A DNA stretch of 46,724 nucleotides from a virus (lineage: Duplodnaviria > Heunggongvirae > Uroviricota > Caudoviricetes): IMG/VR virus record IMGVR_UViG_2579778634_000020. The stretch is one strand, 5' to 3'. Every line of letters starts with the position of its first letter. The stretch's first letter is position 1. The notes beneath the pieces were generated by a model that did not search any database, had not been told where the DNA came from, and worked only from the letters and a program-made list of their open reading frames with translations. Position numbers and translations under genes: made by a program. Shown piece after piece: positions 1 through 9,818 of the stretch.

Positions 1-7
1 CACTAAC

Positions 8-32
8 GCCCGCACATTGCTGCGGGCTTTTT
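8..32 (+). terminator. Rho-independent terminator for a plus-strand gene ending at or before the window start
   Basis: Stem GCCCGCA (8-14) pairs with TGCGGGC (21-27) and is followed by TTTTT (28-32). A TAA sits at 4-6. Confidence 0.6.
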
Positions 33-330
33 GATTCATTTCGCAAATGTGCTGACATTTTCCCCTCTAATCCGTACCATACACGCCACAGTTTTTTATA
101 TCAGATTTCTTATGCTGGGCGTTCCGGCATGACGCATACTCTTCTGATGCCATATAACGAATTGAGTCGCTTTTAATGTCGCAAAATCAAGAAATTAGTA
201 AGAAAGAACAATACAACCTGAACAAGTAAGGGCAAAAATCACAACCATCTGACACATAAAGATTTTATTTATTTTTCAAAACGTTAAACAATATCAGCGA
301 CTACAATAACCTACGATAACCCACTCTTTT

Positions 331-377
331 TTTGCCCCATTTTTGCCCCTTTTGCAGCGTTTTGCCCCATTTTTGCC
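331..377 (+). repeat. 17-bp direct repeat TTTGCCCCATTTTTGCC, two copies (331-347 and 361-377), inside a run of TTTTGCC-like units
   Basis: Read directly from the sequence. An inverted GGGCAAAAA copy lies near 231-239. Confidence 0.8.
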
Positions 378-549
378 ACCACAAAAAATCCTAAACCACA
401 CAAATCTAAAACCTACAAATTGCCCCCTTGGATACTTTTCAATAGAATCTGTTCCGGCTGGAAATCATTCAATACTCGCACTATCGAAAGTTATCCAGCC
501 AACCGCAGCACGTCCTGCATACGTCGTGTCTGCGGTTTTTCTTTTTCGC

Positions 550-732
550 TTACATTGTGTCTGGTTCTTCCGGCCACTCAATATCAGGTGCAGTTGATGT
601 ATCAACACGGTTCAACAACACCCGATACTTTTTCCATGCGGCCAGTAACGCTTTCTCTTCCTCCGTTGCGATTTCCAGCTCAACAACAGTCTGAACGTAC
701 CGGGAACAGCCTCCTTCAGAGCTTGAAGGATA
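550..732 (-). pseudogene. 3' remnant of a tail fibre assembly gene (tfa), with no start codon
   Basis: The frame directly after the fibre stop reads ...[43 protein letters not shown]. This matches the remembered C-terminus of lambda Tfa (..[37 protein letters not shown]..). Only about 45 aa of similarity remain. Confidence 0.8.
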
Positions 733-3222
733 TCAATGTTCGCTTCCTGTTAACTGCCGGACAAGTGCAACCAGTTCGCTTACCTGATTTTCCAGAGTGC
801 TGATCCGGGTGTCTGCTGTTGCCAGATTTTCACGTAGCGTTGTGTTTTCCTCTTCCAGCGCGGTAACGCGATCATCTGTTTCACGGGCGACCTGAACAAG
901 TAAACCCGTCACGGCGGCGTAGTCAACATTAAGATAGCGCGTTTCTTCGCGTAGCTCGTTGCCGTCAACGGTCGGACCTTGTAACGCTTCACCGTAATGA
1001 GTAAACGATCCCACAGCTTCCGGTAGCGCCTCCATTACCTCCTGAGCGATAACGCCAGCGTAAGGTAGTCCGTTTTCCTTAAGGGTATAAGTGTACCCGT
1101 TCATTTTGCGGATGGCTTCAGTTGCATCACCTATAACCTGAATGTTGTCCTTCAGATCACGATCAGATGATTGGTTTATCGTTTCGCATGTAATGTGACC
1201 AGACGCTTTAAGATTTTTTACATCAAGTCTGTCGTTTGCAAAATTATATGAAATTGCGGTGCTGGTGCTTCCGGCATCATCATAATCGCTTTTATGAATA
1301 AACCAGTTTCCACCATTAGCAATGAGAGTATAAGTAGGCGTGTTAGCCGGGCGATCTGTTTCATTAAATCTTATTGCTGGGTTAGCGCTCCTTATTTGTA
1401 AAGGTTTTTCAACCGTGGATTTCAGTATCGCACTATCTACAATTAAATTACCTTCTGAGTTAATGTTTAGATATTTTGAAGCACCAGTTGAACCATCGTA
1501 TGTAAACCTTATTGTTAATTGACCTGGCTCATTTGATAAAGTCTCAACATACATATCAGCACCAAGACGCACAGTGCTGTCAGTTGCTAACAGTCTTGTA
1601 TGGAGAATACCACTAGATGTGTATGTATTGGTCGAATCACTATATCTATCAAGAAATAGACTGTTAAGTTGAGGGCTATTGCTCCTGCCTAATCCAAGAT
1701 TCGTTCTGGCACCATCAATAGTTGCCGCACCAGTACCTCCGGCCGCGATCGAAAGCGGAATCCATTCGCTATTCTCTGCATCGTAATAACCCCATGTTCC
1801 TGAATCGTAGATACTAAAAAATTTGCTTGCATTTTGACAATATACGCGTGTATTACCTGTTAGTTGAGTAAGCCTGTCCACTTCATCTTTTCTTGCGTGA
1901 CGCGTCCACTGCGGGCCTATTGTCGGATTCCAGCGATAAGTATAAAGCGAGCGCGTAGCCCATCCCTGAAATACACCTGTATACGCTGGTGTTCCATCTA
2001 CCTGACTAATAAACCCCGTAAGACTGCTTTCACCGGATGCAATCGATGGAAAGCCTTTTGCATTACTCATAATGCGCATAAATCCGATATACCCTGATGG
2101 GTTGCCGGAAATATCAGGACAATCACGCGGGGCTGAGCCAAGACCGATATTATCGCCAACAATTACTTGCGCCTGGTTGCGATAATTAAGTGCGTCCGCT
2201 GCAGATTTCGCCGCGTTTGTTTCACTGGATTTAGCATTAGTTTCGCTGGCTTTAGCGTTTGTTTCGCTGCTCTTTGCTGCTGCCTCGCTATTTTTCGCGT
2301 TGGTTTCTGATTTTTTGGCTGCTGTCGCGGAGTTTGCCGATGCAGTTTGTGAGGCCGCTGCCGCCTGTGCGCTGTTATCCGCATTCGTCTCAGACGTTTT
2401 TGCGGCCTTCGCGGAATTTCCTGCCGCCGTTGCCGAGGAAGCTGCACTACTGGCACTTGATGATGCGTTCGTTTCTGATGATTTCGCTGCCTCTTTTGAG
2501 GCCGCCGCATCCCGGGCTGAGGTGGCAGCTTCTGACGCTTTCGTGGTCGCGGTGGATGCAGAAGTGGCTGCAGATTTTTGTGACGCTGCAGCATTCGTTT
2601 CTGACGTTTTCGCCGCACCGGCACTGGTAGCCGCCGCGCTTTTTGAGGACTCTGCAGCGGCAGCACTTTTTGATGCTTCAGTAGCCTTTGTTGATGCCGT
2701 TCCTGCGCTGGAAGACGCTGACTGAGCCGACGTCGCGGCCTGCCCGGCTGATGTGCTGGCTGCACGTGCTGAGCCTGCAGCATCAGTCGCATGGGTTGCC
2801 GCCTCACGGGCTGATGTGCCGGCATCGCTGGCTGACTTCTTCGCGGCTGCCGTGTTCTGTTCCACTGCGGACGCGTTACGCGCCACCTCTTCCACCATCA
2901 GTTCAAAGCGGCGCAGTGCCTCCGGACGGGCATCATCCTCCGTCATGGCACCGAGAAAATCATTCAGTGTGCCCGGCTTTGAGTCCTCATATACGGTGAT
3001 AATCCCGGCGTGTGACGGCGGGAATCCCTCCACCAACAGACTGACGCTGTACTGACCATACTCGACGTCCATTGTGTAACGCCCGGCTTCATCCGGGTTT
3101 TCTGAGGCCACTGTGTTCACCACCACCGTGGTGCTGTTGCGCCTGGCCTTTAGCTGAATGGTGCAGTTTTGTATCGGCTTACCTGCGCCATCTTTCAGTA
3201 CACCTGAAATCCGTACTGCCAT
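733..3222 (-). CDS. Side tail fibre. It has an Stf-like N-terminus, a long Ala/Ser/Thr-rich repeat shaft, and a C-terminal intramolecular-chaperone (peptidase S74-type) domain.
   Basis: The N-terminus MAVRISGVLKDGAGKPIQNCTIQLKARRNSTTVVVNTV.. matches the remembered StfR/lambda Stf N-terminus. The C-terminus SDRDLKDNIQVIGDATEAIRKMNGYTYTLKENGLPYAGVIAQEV.. is typical of the auto-cleaving chaperone domain. RBS GGGGGGA is present. Confidence 0.9.
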   Translation of the reverse strand: MAVRISGVLKDGAGKPIQNCTIQLKARRNSTTVVVNTVASENPDEAGRYTMDVEYGQYSVSLLVEGFPPSHAGIITVYEDSKPGTLNDFLGAMTEDDARPEALRRFELMVEEVARNASAVEQNTAAAKKSASDAGTSAREAATHATDAAGSARAASTSAGQAATSAQSASSSAGTASTKATEASKSAAAAESSKSAAATSAGAAKTSETNAAASQKSAATSASTATTKASEAATSARDAAASKEAAKSSETNASSSASSAASSATAAGNSAKAAKTSETNADNSAQAAAASQTASANSATAAKKSETNAKNSEAAAKSSETNAKASETNAKSSETNAAKSAADALNYRNQAQVIVGDNIGLGSAPRDCPDISGNPSGYIGFMRIMSNAKGFPSIASGESSLTGFISQVDGTPAYTGVFQGWATRSLYTYRWNPTIGPQWTRHARKDEVDRLTQLTGNTRVYCQNASKFFSIYDSGTWGYYDAENSEWIPLSIAAGGTGAATIDGARTNLGLGRSNSPQLNSLFLDRYSDSTNTYTSSGILHTRLLATDSTVRLGADMYVETLSNEPGQLTIRFTYDGSTGASKYLNINSEGNLIVDSAILKSTVEKPLQIRSANPAIRFNETDRPANTPTYTLIANGGNWFIHKSDYDDAGSTSTAISYNFANDRLDVKNLKASGHITCETINQSSDRDLKDNIQVIGDATEAIRKMNGYTYTLKENGLPYAGVIAQEVMEALPEAVGSFTHYGEALQGPTVDGNELREETRYLNVDYAAVTGLLVQVARETDDRVTALEEENTTLRENLATADTRISTLENQVSELVALVRQLTGSEH

Positions 3223-3231
3223 ATTCCCCCC

Positions 3232-3260
3232 ACAAAAAAGCCCGCCTGAACCGGCGGGCT
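3232..3260 (-). terminator. Intrinsic terminator after lom
   Basis: Stem AGCCCGCC/GGCGGGCT (3239-3246 with 3253-3260), then a T-run on the minus strand. Confidence 0.75.
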
Positions 3261-3286
3261 GTCATAACACTGTGTTACCTGGCTAA

Positions 3287-3886
3287 TCAGAATTTATAAC
3301 CGACACCAACGATGAAACTGTTGGTACGCCAGTCACCGCTGCCGGAGCCTTCATAAGCGACGTCAACGGCCACGGATTCGGTCGGGTTAAACTGCACGCC
3401 AGCTCCCCACGCCAGAGACGTGTTGCTGTGGCGACCGTCATCACTTCCGGTCAGCACATCGTGCGTTTTCCCCTTGTTGTCAGTTACGCGGATATAATCC
3501 CCGGAGAAAGTCGACACACGGCTGTAAGCCATACCCGCCATCGCATACGCGCTGAACCATTCATTCACGCGCACAGACGGCCCCGCCATCACGCTGAACC
3601 AGCGATTACGCACGGAATCCTCATGCCAGCGGGTATCGCTGTAATGCGTTTTTTGCTCATCTTCAGCGTTGGCATAACTGAATGACGTAATCAGCCCCAG
3701 CGTGTCCGTAAACTCATAACGGTATTTCACGTTAATCCCGTTCAGATTATCGCTGCCGGGAGCGTTCGTACGGGCATGAAGATACCCTGCGCTCAGTGTG
3801 GCCTGCTGCTCAGACGCCCATGCAGGCGCACCGGATACGGCCAGACAGATGGCTGCGGACAAAATGGCTGCACAAACTTTACGCAT
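3287..3886 (-). CDS. lom: Lom/Ail-family outer-membrane beta-barrel protein (moron)
   Basis: Signal peptide MRKVCAAILSAAICLAVSGAPAWA, alternating beta-strand pattern and a terminal YKF. Sits between J and the tail fibre, as in lambda. Confidence 0.9.
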   Translation of the reverse strand: MRKVCAAILSAAICLAVSGAPAWASEQQATLSAGYLHARTNAPGSDNLNGINVKYRYEFTDTLGLITSFSYANAEDEQKTHYSDTRWHEDSVRNRWFSVMAGPSVRVNEWFSAYAMAGMAYSRVSTFSGDYIRVTDNKGKTHDVLTGSDDGRHSNTSLAWGAGVQFNPTESVAVDVAYEGSGSGDWRTNSFIVGVGYKF

Positions 3887-3908
3887 AATTACCTCTCGCT
3901 TTTCTGCA

Positions 3909-3935
3909 ATAAAAAAGGCGCCATTTCTGGCGCCC
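3909..3935 (-). terminator. Intrinsic terminator after J
   Basis: GGCGCC (3917-3922) pairs with GGCGCC (3929-3934), followed by TTTTTT on the minus strand. Confidence 0.7.
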
Positions 3936-3953
3936 GTATATGGGTTATAAAAT

Positions 3954-6900
3954 TCAGCTGATACTGATGCCTGCGGTGGCTTTCTTCATCACCACAACCA
4001 GCAAATCGCTGATACTTGCTGTGGGATACCAGTCATTTACCAGCCATGCTGACACCGAAAACTCCAGCGTCGTGTGACCGTGACCGGCAGGCATATCAAT
4101 AACGCCACTGTAAATCAGCGTATTATCCAGCGCGGTACGGTTATAAATTTCAGCACCGTTTTTCCGCACTATCAGACGGCATGAGGAGTAAATATCAGTA
4201 TGCTCTCTCTCATGTTTAGCGCCGCTGAATGCCACCGCCGGAATAACAATCTGCCGGTCAAACGGCTGATCGTCATAAATCCTGACGGTAATGGTCCCTG
4301 ATGGCCACCGCTCCGGTGCCCGGGAGTCCCGCGGGAAAGCCTTACCCACTGTTTTGACAATATCGCCTTCAATCTGGTTGGCTGACAGTTTCCCTTTAAT
4401 CTGACAGTTCTCATTTATCGTAACGTTGTTGAGCGTCCCGGCGTTCGCATTCACACTGCCACTGATATCCGCATTTTTAGCGGTCAGCTTTCCGTCCGGT
4501 GTCAGGGAAAAGGCCGGAGGATTGCCGCCGCTGGTAATGGTGGGGGCCGTCAGGCGCTTCAGGAACACTTCATTCATGAATATCTGATCACCCTGACCAA
4601 CAAACATCGGTTTTGTGTTGCCATTCGCAGGATTAATCATCGCAATCCTGTCTGCCGCCAGCAGCACCTGACTCTGCATGCCGTCAGGGGTGTTCTCAAT
4701 ACCGGCACCAATACCCGCGATATAAAGGCGTCCGTCCTGCATCTGCTGCAGCTTCACAGCCCACATGCTGTTCAGGTTATTATTTGTATCAACCTGAACC
4801 TTCTGTATCTGCTGAATTGCAGCACTCTGGTCTTCCAGTTTCTTATTGACGGTCTGCGTGATTTCATTGCTGACATCCGTAATGGACGTCCTGATTTCAG
4901 CCAGGTCAGGCGCAAGCTGACCGTTATCAATCTGCGTCCACAGCTCCTGAGCCAGATGGGTTTTCCCTATCTCGCCTTTGAAAAAATCCAGATAACCGGA
5001 TGCATCATCACTCGGCTGACCAACAGCCTCCACGAATGCCGATTTGCCAACGGTGTTCACACTGCGGATATAAAAGTAATAATCATGGCCCGGTTTGATA
5101 TTGATACTGGCGGCTATCCAGTACAGCGCCGTACCAAGATAGCGTGCTGTGGTTTCAACCTGCCTGATATCCGCAATCCGCTTTTCCGAGAACCAGAACT
5201 CAAACTGTACCGTCGGATCATAAACCGCAAGATGCGGCGTGGCGGTTATCTGAAAATAGCCCGGTGTCAGCTCAATCCGAGACGGCGCTGCCGGTGCGGC
5301 AATCCGGAACGATACCGATGCCGGATCGCCCTGCTGTCCCCACGCATTTACCGCCCGGACTGTCAGCCTGTAGTTCCCCAGCGCCAGTTGCGTGAAGCGG
5401 TATGTAGTTTCCGTCGTCCGGGCCGTGCTGACCAGCCGCTCACTGCCGTCATCCGCTGCCACGGTCAGGCGAAGCATAAAGCTCACCCCCTTCACCACCT
5501 TCGGCGTGTCCCAGCGCGCCAGCACCTGATATTCCCCGCTGTCTGCGGTGACTTCGGCAGTCAGGTGCTGCACCGCTGGCGGCGTGACACCATTCACCGT
5601 GCCGCTCTGGTCGCCGTCAAAGTGCGCCCCGTTATCCACGATGGCCTCTTTTTCCGGCACATGCTGCACGGCGGTGATGGCATACGTGCCGTCGTCGTTC
5701 TCACGGATACTCACGCAGCGAAACAGTCGCTGGCGCAGCGTCGGCAGCTTCAGCCCCCATACGCTGTATTCAGCAACACCGTCAGGAACACGGCTCACTT
5801 TTACCTTCACGCCGTCGGTGGCGGACTGGACCTCCACGCTGACCGGATTGCCATTTCCGTCAACCAGGCTTATCAGCGTGGTACCGGAGGATGGCAGCGT
5901 GATTTCACGGTCGAGCGTCAGCGTCCGGGTCTGGCTGTTCACCGCCAGCACGCGCCCACCGGTGCTGATACCCGCATAGTCATCATCACAGATTTCAATG
6001 ACATCGCCCGGCACATGGCGAAGCCCTTCTGCGCCCACGCTGAAGTCCACGGTCTGCGTTTCCAGCAGTTCTGTTTTAATCAGCCACAGCCCGGCGCGGT
6101 GTGCCTGCCCCCGGCTGGTACAGCCAAAGGCATCCATCTTCGTGACATTACGACCATAACGGGCAATGGCCTGCGTATCTTCAACAAGCTCTGTCGCCGT
6201 CTCCCAGCCGTTGTCCGGGTCAATCCAGTTCACCTCAACGGCATTATGGCGGACCTTCAGGGCGCTGAAACTGTAGCGGAACGGCGCGCCATCATCCGGC
6301 ATCACCACATTACTGCGGTTATAGGTCCACACCTTATCCGACGGCCGGTCCTGCACGAACGTCAGCGTCTGCCCGTTCCATACCGGCATACAGCGCATCG
6401 CCGAGCAGAAATCACTGAGCACATCCCACGCCTTACGCTGTGTGGTCAGCCAGGCATTACAGGTGATGCGCGGCTCCGTGCCGCCAAAGCCGTCCGGCAC
6501 CGACTGGTCGCAGTACTGGCCGATGACATACAGCGCCCATTTATCCACATCCGCCGCACCAAGACGTTTCCCCATGCCGTAGCGCGGGTGGGTCAGCATA
6601 TCCCACAGACACCATGCCATGTTGTTGCTGTATGCTGGCTTAAACGTTCCGTCCCAGATACCGCTGTATTGCCGCGTCTGCGGGTTATAGTTCGACGGCA
6701 CCTGCAGAATGCGCCCGCGAAGATGATAATTACGGCTCACCTGCTGGCTGCCGAACTGCTCCGAGTCCACCTGTACGCCGACCAGTGCCGTGTTCGGGTA
6801 GCACTGTTTCACATCGATGATTTCGGTGTATGACGACCAGAGCGTTTTGTTCTGCAGCTGGTCTGTGGTGCTGTCCGGCGTCATCCTGCGCATCCGGATG

Positions 6901-7433
6901 TTGAACGGGCGCGGCGGCAGGTTACCCACCACCACCGAGGCCAGATACTGCGAGGTGGTTTTGCCCTTAATGGTGATGTCTTTTTCCGTCACCCAGCCAC
7001 CGTTACGTTGTATCTGAACCAGCAGGCGGACTTCCGACGGATTCCGGTCCCCCTTTGAGGTGGTTTCCACCAGTGCCTGCACACCGAAGGTAAAGCGCAG
7101 TCGGTCGATGTTTGCCGACGTGATGGCGCGGGTGATCGGCGTGTCGTATTTCACTTCCGTACCCAGCACCGTCTCGGAGCCGGAGGATTCAAATCCCTCC
7201 GGCGGAGTCTGCTCCTGCTCACCAGCCCGGAACACCACCGTGACACCGGCGATGTTGGTATTCCCCTCACTGTCCAGCACCGGCGTACTGTTCAGCAGCA
7301 CGCTTTTTAATCCATCCACCGGACCTTCAATCGGCCCTTCACTGATGGCATCAATCACACTCAGCAACTGCGTGGATTTCAGGTTGTCCTTCGCTTCACG
7401 CGGGGTATGCCCCTTACTGCTGCCTTTACCCAT
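3954..7433 (-). CDS. Tail tip / host specificity protein J
   Basis: 1159 aa, lambda J-like throughout, following I-K-L-M in order. Confidence 0.95.
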   Translation of the reverse strand: MGKGSSKGHTPREAKDNLKSTQLLSVIDAISEGPIEGPVDGLKSVLLNSTPVLDSEGNTNIAGVTVVFRAGEQEQTPPEGFESSGSETVLGTEVKYDTPITRAITSANIDRLRFTFGVQALVETTSKGDRNPSEVRLLVQIQRNGGWVTEKDITIKGKTTSQYLASVVVGNLPPRPFNIRMRRMTPDSTTDQLQNKTLWSSYTEIIDVKQCYPNTALVGVQVDSEQFGSQQVSRNYHLRGRILQVPSNYNPQTRQYSGIWDGTFKPAYSNNMAWCLWDMLTHPRYGMGKRLGAADVDKWALYVIGQYCDQSVPDGFGGTEPRITCNAWLTTQRKAWDVLSDFCSAMRCMPVWNGQTLTFVQDRPSDKVWTYNRSNVVMPDDGAPFRYSFSALKVRHNAVEVNWIDPDNGWETATELVEDTQAIARYGRNVTKMDAFGCTSRGQAHRAGLWLIKTELLETQTVDFSVGAEGLRHVPGDVIEICDDDYAGISTGGRVLAVNSQTRTLTLDREITLPSSGTTLISLVDGNGNPVSVEVQSATDGVKVKVSRVPDGVAEYSVWGLKLPTLRQRLFRCVSIRENDDGTYAITAVQHVPEKEAIVDNGAHFDGDQSGTVNGVTPPAVQHLTAEVTADSGEYQVLARWDTPKVVKGVSFMLRLTVAADDGSERLVSTARTTETTYRFTQLALGNYRLTVRAVNAWGQQGDPASVSFRIAAPAAPSRIELTPGYFQITATPHLAVYDPTVQFEFWFSEKRIADIRQVETTARYLGTALYWIAASINIKPGHDYYFYIRSVNTVGKSAFVEAVGQPSDDASGYLDFFKGEIGKTHLAQELWTQIDNGQLAPDLAEIRTSITDVSNEITQTVNKKLEDQSAAIQQIQKVQVDTNNNLNSMWAVKLQQMQDGRLYIAGIGAGIENTPDGMQSQVLLAADRIAMINPANGNTKPMFVGQGDQIFMNEVFLKRLTAPTITSGGNPPAFSLTPDGKLTAKNADISGSVNANAGTLNNVTINENCQIKGKLSANQIEGDIVKTVGKAFPRDSRAPERWPSGTITVRIYDDQPFDRQIVIPAVAFSGAKHEREHTDIYSSCRLIVRKNGAEIYNRTALDNTLIYSGVIDMPAGHGHTTLEFSVSAWLVNDWYPTASISDLLVVVMKKATAGISIS

Positions 7434-7448
7434 TCGTCACGCTCCATA

Positions 7449-7475
7449 AACGACAAAACCGCCCGCAGGCGGTTT
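7449..7475 (-). terminator. Terminator-like hairpin between I and J
   Basis: 8-bp stem AAACCGCC/GGCGGTTT (7456-7463 with 7468-7475), then TTTTGTCGTTT on the minus strand. Confidence 0.5.
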
Positions 7476-7493
7476 CACATAAAACGTTTTTCA

Positions 7494-8135
7494 TCAGCGA
7501 CCAATCACCACAACCTGACCACCATCACCTTCATCTGCTGTGCTGATCTCCTGAGATACCACCCGCGACCCCACACGCATTTCACCGTACAGAACGGGCA
7601 GGACATTGCCCTGGGCAACCATATTATCCAGTGAAGAAAAATAGGTGTTCTGTTTGCCGTTATCCGTTGTCTGTGTGCGGGGGGTTTTGGGTTTAGGGGC
7701 CAGCATCTGTGCAACACCGCCAAGCGTCATACTGGCACCGAGAGAAAACAGCAGATTACTCGCCATAATTCCTACCCCCGGCATCCATATAGCAACCGCC
7801 ATAACAGCCGCCCCCAGCACAGCCTGAAACACACCGCCACTTTTGGCTCCTGCCAGACGCGGCACGATATGGATCACAGCACCATTTGCCAGCGGTTCAT
7901 TAAGACGGGCTGATAATTCCGTTTCACCTGTATCACGCCCGGCAATGCGTATCTGATACCAGCCGTCGCTCAGCTTCTGACGAAACGCCGGGATCTGCAT
8001 GGCCAGCGCCCGGATGGCTTCAGCCCCCGTTTTTACACGAAGGTCGATGCGGCGGCCAAATCGTTGTAAATCCCCGTAAAGGCAGATGCGCGCCATGCCC
8101 GGTGACGCCAGAGGGAGTGTGTGCGTCGCTGCCAT
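7494..8135 (-). CDS. Tail assembly protein I
   Basis: Position after K, hydrophobic central segment, lambda I-like. The start is uncertain because it overlaps K by 103 nt. Confidence 0.85.
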   Translation of the reverse strand: MAATHTLPLASPGMARICLYGDLQRFGRRIDLRVKTGAEAIRALAMQIPAFRQKLSDGWYQIRIAGRDTGETELSARLNEPLANGAVIHIVPRLAGAKSGGVFQAVLGAAVMAVAIWMPGVGIMASNLLFSLGASMTLGGVAQMLAPKPKTPRTQTTDNGKQNTYFSSLDNMVAQGNVLPVLYGEMRVGSRVVSQEISTADEGDGGQVVVIGR

Positions 8136-8776
8136 TTGTCGGTATACCTCTCTCGTTTGCTCAGTTGTTCAGGAATATGGTGCAGCAGCTCGCCATCACC
8201 ACAGTAAATGGCGGCATGATTCGGCACCGATGAACCAAAACAGCACAGCAGTACATCGCCCGGCTGCGCCGCTGACAACGGCACCTGATACAGCCCCGTT
8301 GCCTCCAGATTATCCAGATAGAGATTCTGGCCGTTACGCCACCAGCCATCCTCACGATGAAAATCCGGCATCTCAATCCCCGCCAGATGATAAGCATCCC
8401 GGAACAGCGTGTAACAGTCCGTCACCCCGTGCTCAAAGCGCCGCCCGGTGAGATGCGGCACACAGCGGAACTTATGAATCGCCCCCCGGCAGACCAGCCA
8501 CCACGGCAAATCACTCTGCACCTGCAGCCGCCGGTCAGCCTCACTCAGCCAGGGCAGACCACCGGGGTGGCTGTGGACCAGCGCCACAATCTCACCCTGC
8601 ATTTCTGCCCGCAGCCAGTCCTCCGGAGCCATCCGGAAATAATCCTCCGGCTCACCGGAAATATTCACGCAGGGATAATATCTTTCTCCCTCCGGCGTTC
8701 TCACCACGAAGCCGCACGACTCCGCTGGCGCACATCGCCGGGCGTGCGCCAGAATCGCTGATTCTGTCTCTGTCAT
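8033..8776 (-). CDS. Tail assembly protein K (MPN/JAB plus NlpC/P60 domains)
   Basis: HSHP metal motif (..VALVHSHPGG..) and a C-terminal NlpC/P60-like Cys/His region. Synteny supports the call. Confidence 0.9.
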   Translation of the reverse strand: MTETESAILAHARRCAPAESCGFVVRTPEGERYYPCVNISGEPEDYFRMAPEDWLRAEMQGEIVALVHSHPGGLPWLSEADRRLQVQSDLPWWLVCRGAIHKFRCVPHLTGRRFEHGVTDCYTLFRDAYHLAGIEMPDFHREDGWWRNGQNLYLDNLEATGLYQVPLSAAQPGDVLLCCFGSSVPNHAAIYCGDGELLHHIPEQLSKRERYTDKWQRRTHSLWRHRAWRASAFTGIYNDLAAASTFV

Positions 8777-8781
8777 GGGAT

Positions 8782-9480
8782 TTACTGCGAAAATTTGTTA
8801 ATGGAAAGGAAGCCGCCAAAGTTGCCGACGTTATTGCGGAACTTACATCCGCTCAGGCATTTGCTGCATTTATCCTTCGTGATATCGGACGTCGGCTGGT
8901 CATATTCATCCGCGACCGCCGGACCGTGATAACCGCACTCATCGCCGCGATAGGTCCAGGTGCAGGTGTTGGCCAGCATGATACGTCCCGGAAAAACGGC
9001 ACCATCCGTTTCAGTCGGAGTAGACAGCACAAAGGCCGCGCTAACCGCGTTCAGTTCGCTGCACTGCTCGATGCGCCAGCGGCTGATCACCTCCTGCTCC
9101 GGATCGGCTTCGCTGTTTCCGTTGATGAAGTTCACCGCATCCAGAAAACGGGCGTAGACCTTACGCCGGACCACTGTTCCGCCGACCAGACTCTGTAAAT
9201 CCTCCACCATCCCGGTGACCATGCCGTGCAGGTTAGATACTTTCAGTGTTGGCCTTGCACTGGCACCTTTGCCGTTCATCTCAAATCCACTCCCCTGAAT
9301 GGGATAGGCCTGATACTGCCGACTCTGCCAGGTGACAGACTCACCTTTTTCATTCTGCTCATTGCAGAAAAAGTAGCGATCCCCGCCTACCTCTGTCAGG
9401 TCGATTTCCCAGAGCACCACGCTGGCCGACTGCTCCGCCCGAATGCATTCATTCAGTGTTTCCTGTTGTATGTCCTGCAT
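8782..9480 (-). CDS. Minor tail protein L
   Basis: 232 aa with the C-terminal Cys cluster CSKCLSGCKF, typical of lambda gpL. Synteny supports the call. Confidence 0.9.
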   Translation of the reverse strand: MQDIQQETLNECIRAEQSASVVLWEIDLTEVGGDRYFFCNEQNEKGESVTWQSRQYQAYPIQGSGFEMNGKGASARPTLKVSNLHGMVTGMVEDLQSLVGGTVVRRKVYARFLDAVNFINGNSEADPEQEVISRWRIEQCSELNAVSAAFVLSTPTETDGAVFPGRIMLANTCTWTYRGDECGYHGPAVADEYDQPTSDITKDKCSKCLSGCKFRNNVGNFGGFLSINKFSQ

Positions 9481-9818
9481 CAGATCACCACTTCGTCAAA
9501 CTGACACGAAAAATCGGTATAGGTGATATGTTCTGTCGCTGACCACGTTCGACACACCACTCTGATTTTTCTGTTAATACCCGGCGGGCGCCAAAAAAAA
9601 GATTTATAGCCTTCATGCCGGGCTAAAAATTTTTCAAATGAATCACGTTCATTCGCCTCAACTTTGAAATCACAGGTGAAAACGCGCAGAGAATGATTAA
9701 GTCCATTTGGACTTCGTTGCTCATAACCATCGCCAAATCTTACAATTTTTATCGATGGTTTATTTTCTGTTTTCATTCCATCCTCTGGTAACCAGTGAAA
9801 TTCTTCCGTATTAGCCAC
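9480..9818 (-). CDS. Minor tail protein M
   Basis: 112 aa, located between the tape measure and L. Confidence 0.85.

Noticed and set aside
329-378. Possible CRISPR-like array
   Set aside because: There are only two exact 17-bp copies with a 13-bp spacer that is itself repeat-like. No longer array and no cas genes are present anywhere in the window.
343-803. Plus-strand ORFs 343-597 and 420-803
   Set aside because: Neither has an RBS. They run through the repeat cluster, a hairpin and the antisense of the tfa remnant and fibre 3' end. The composition is not protein-like.
2163-2825. Several 100-220 aa ORFs on both strands inside the tail-fibre repeat region (2163-2825 minus; 2259-2630, 2300-2725, 2688-2999 and 2753-3055 plus)
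   Set aside because: They are alternative-frame readings of the GCx/TCx-rich Ala/Ser repeat shaft. The fibre frame is the only one continuous with recognisable N- and C-terminal domains.
4956-6833. 625-aa plus-strand ORF (plus 5548-5979 and others) opposite gene J
   Set aside because: It is antisense to a clearly coding, GC-rich J gene. The product is Arg/His/Pro-rich low-complexity sequence with no RBS. This is a typical shadow ORF.
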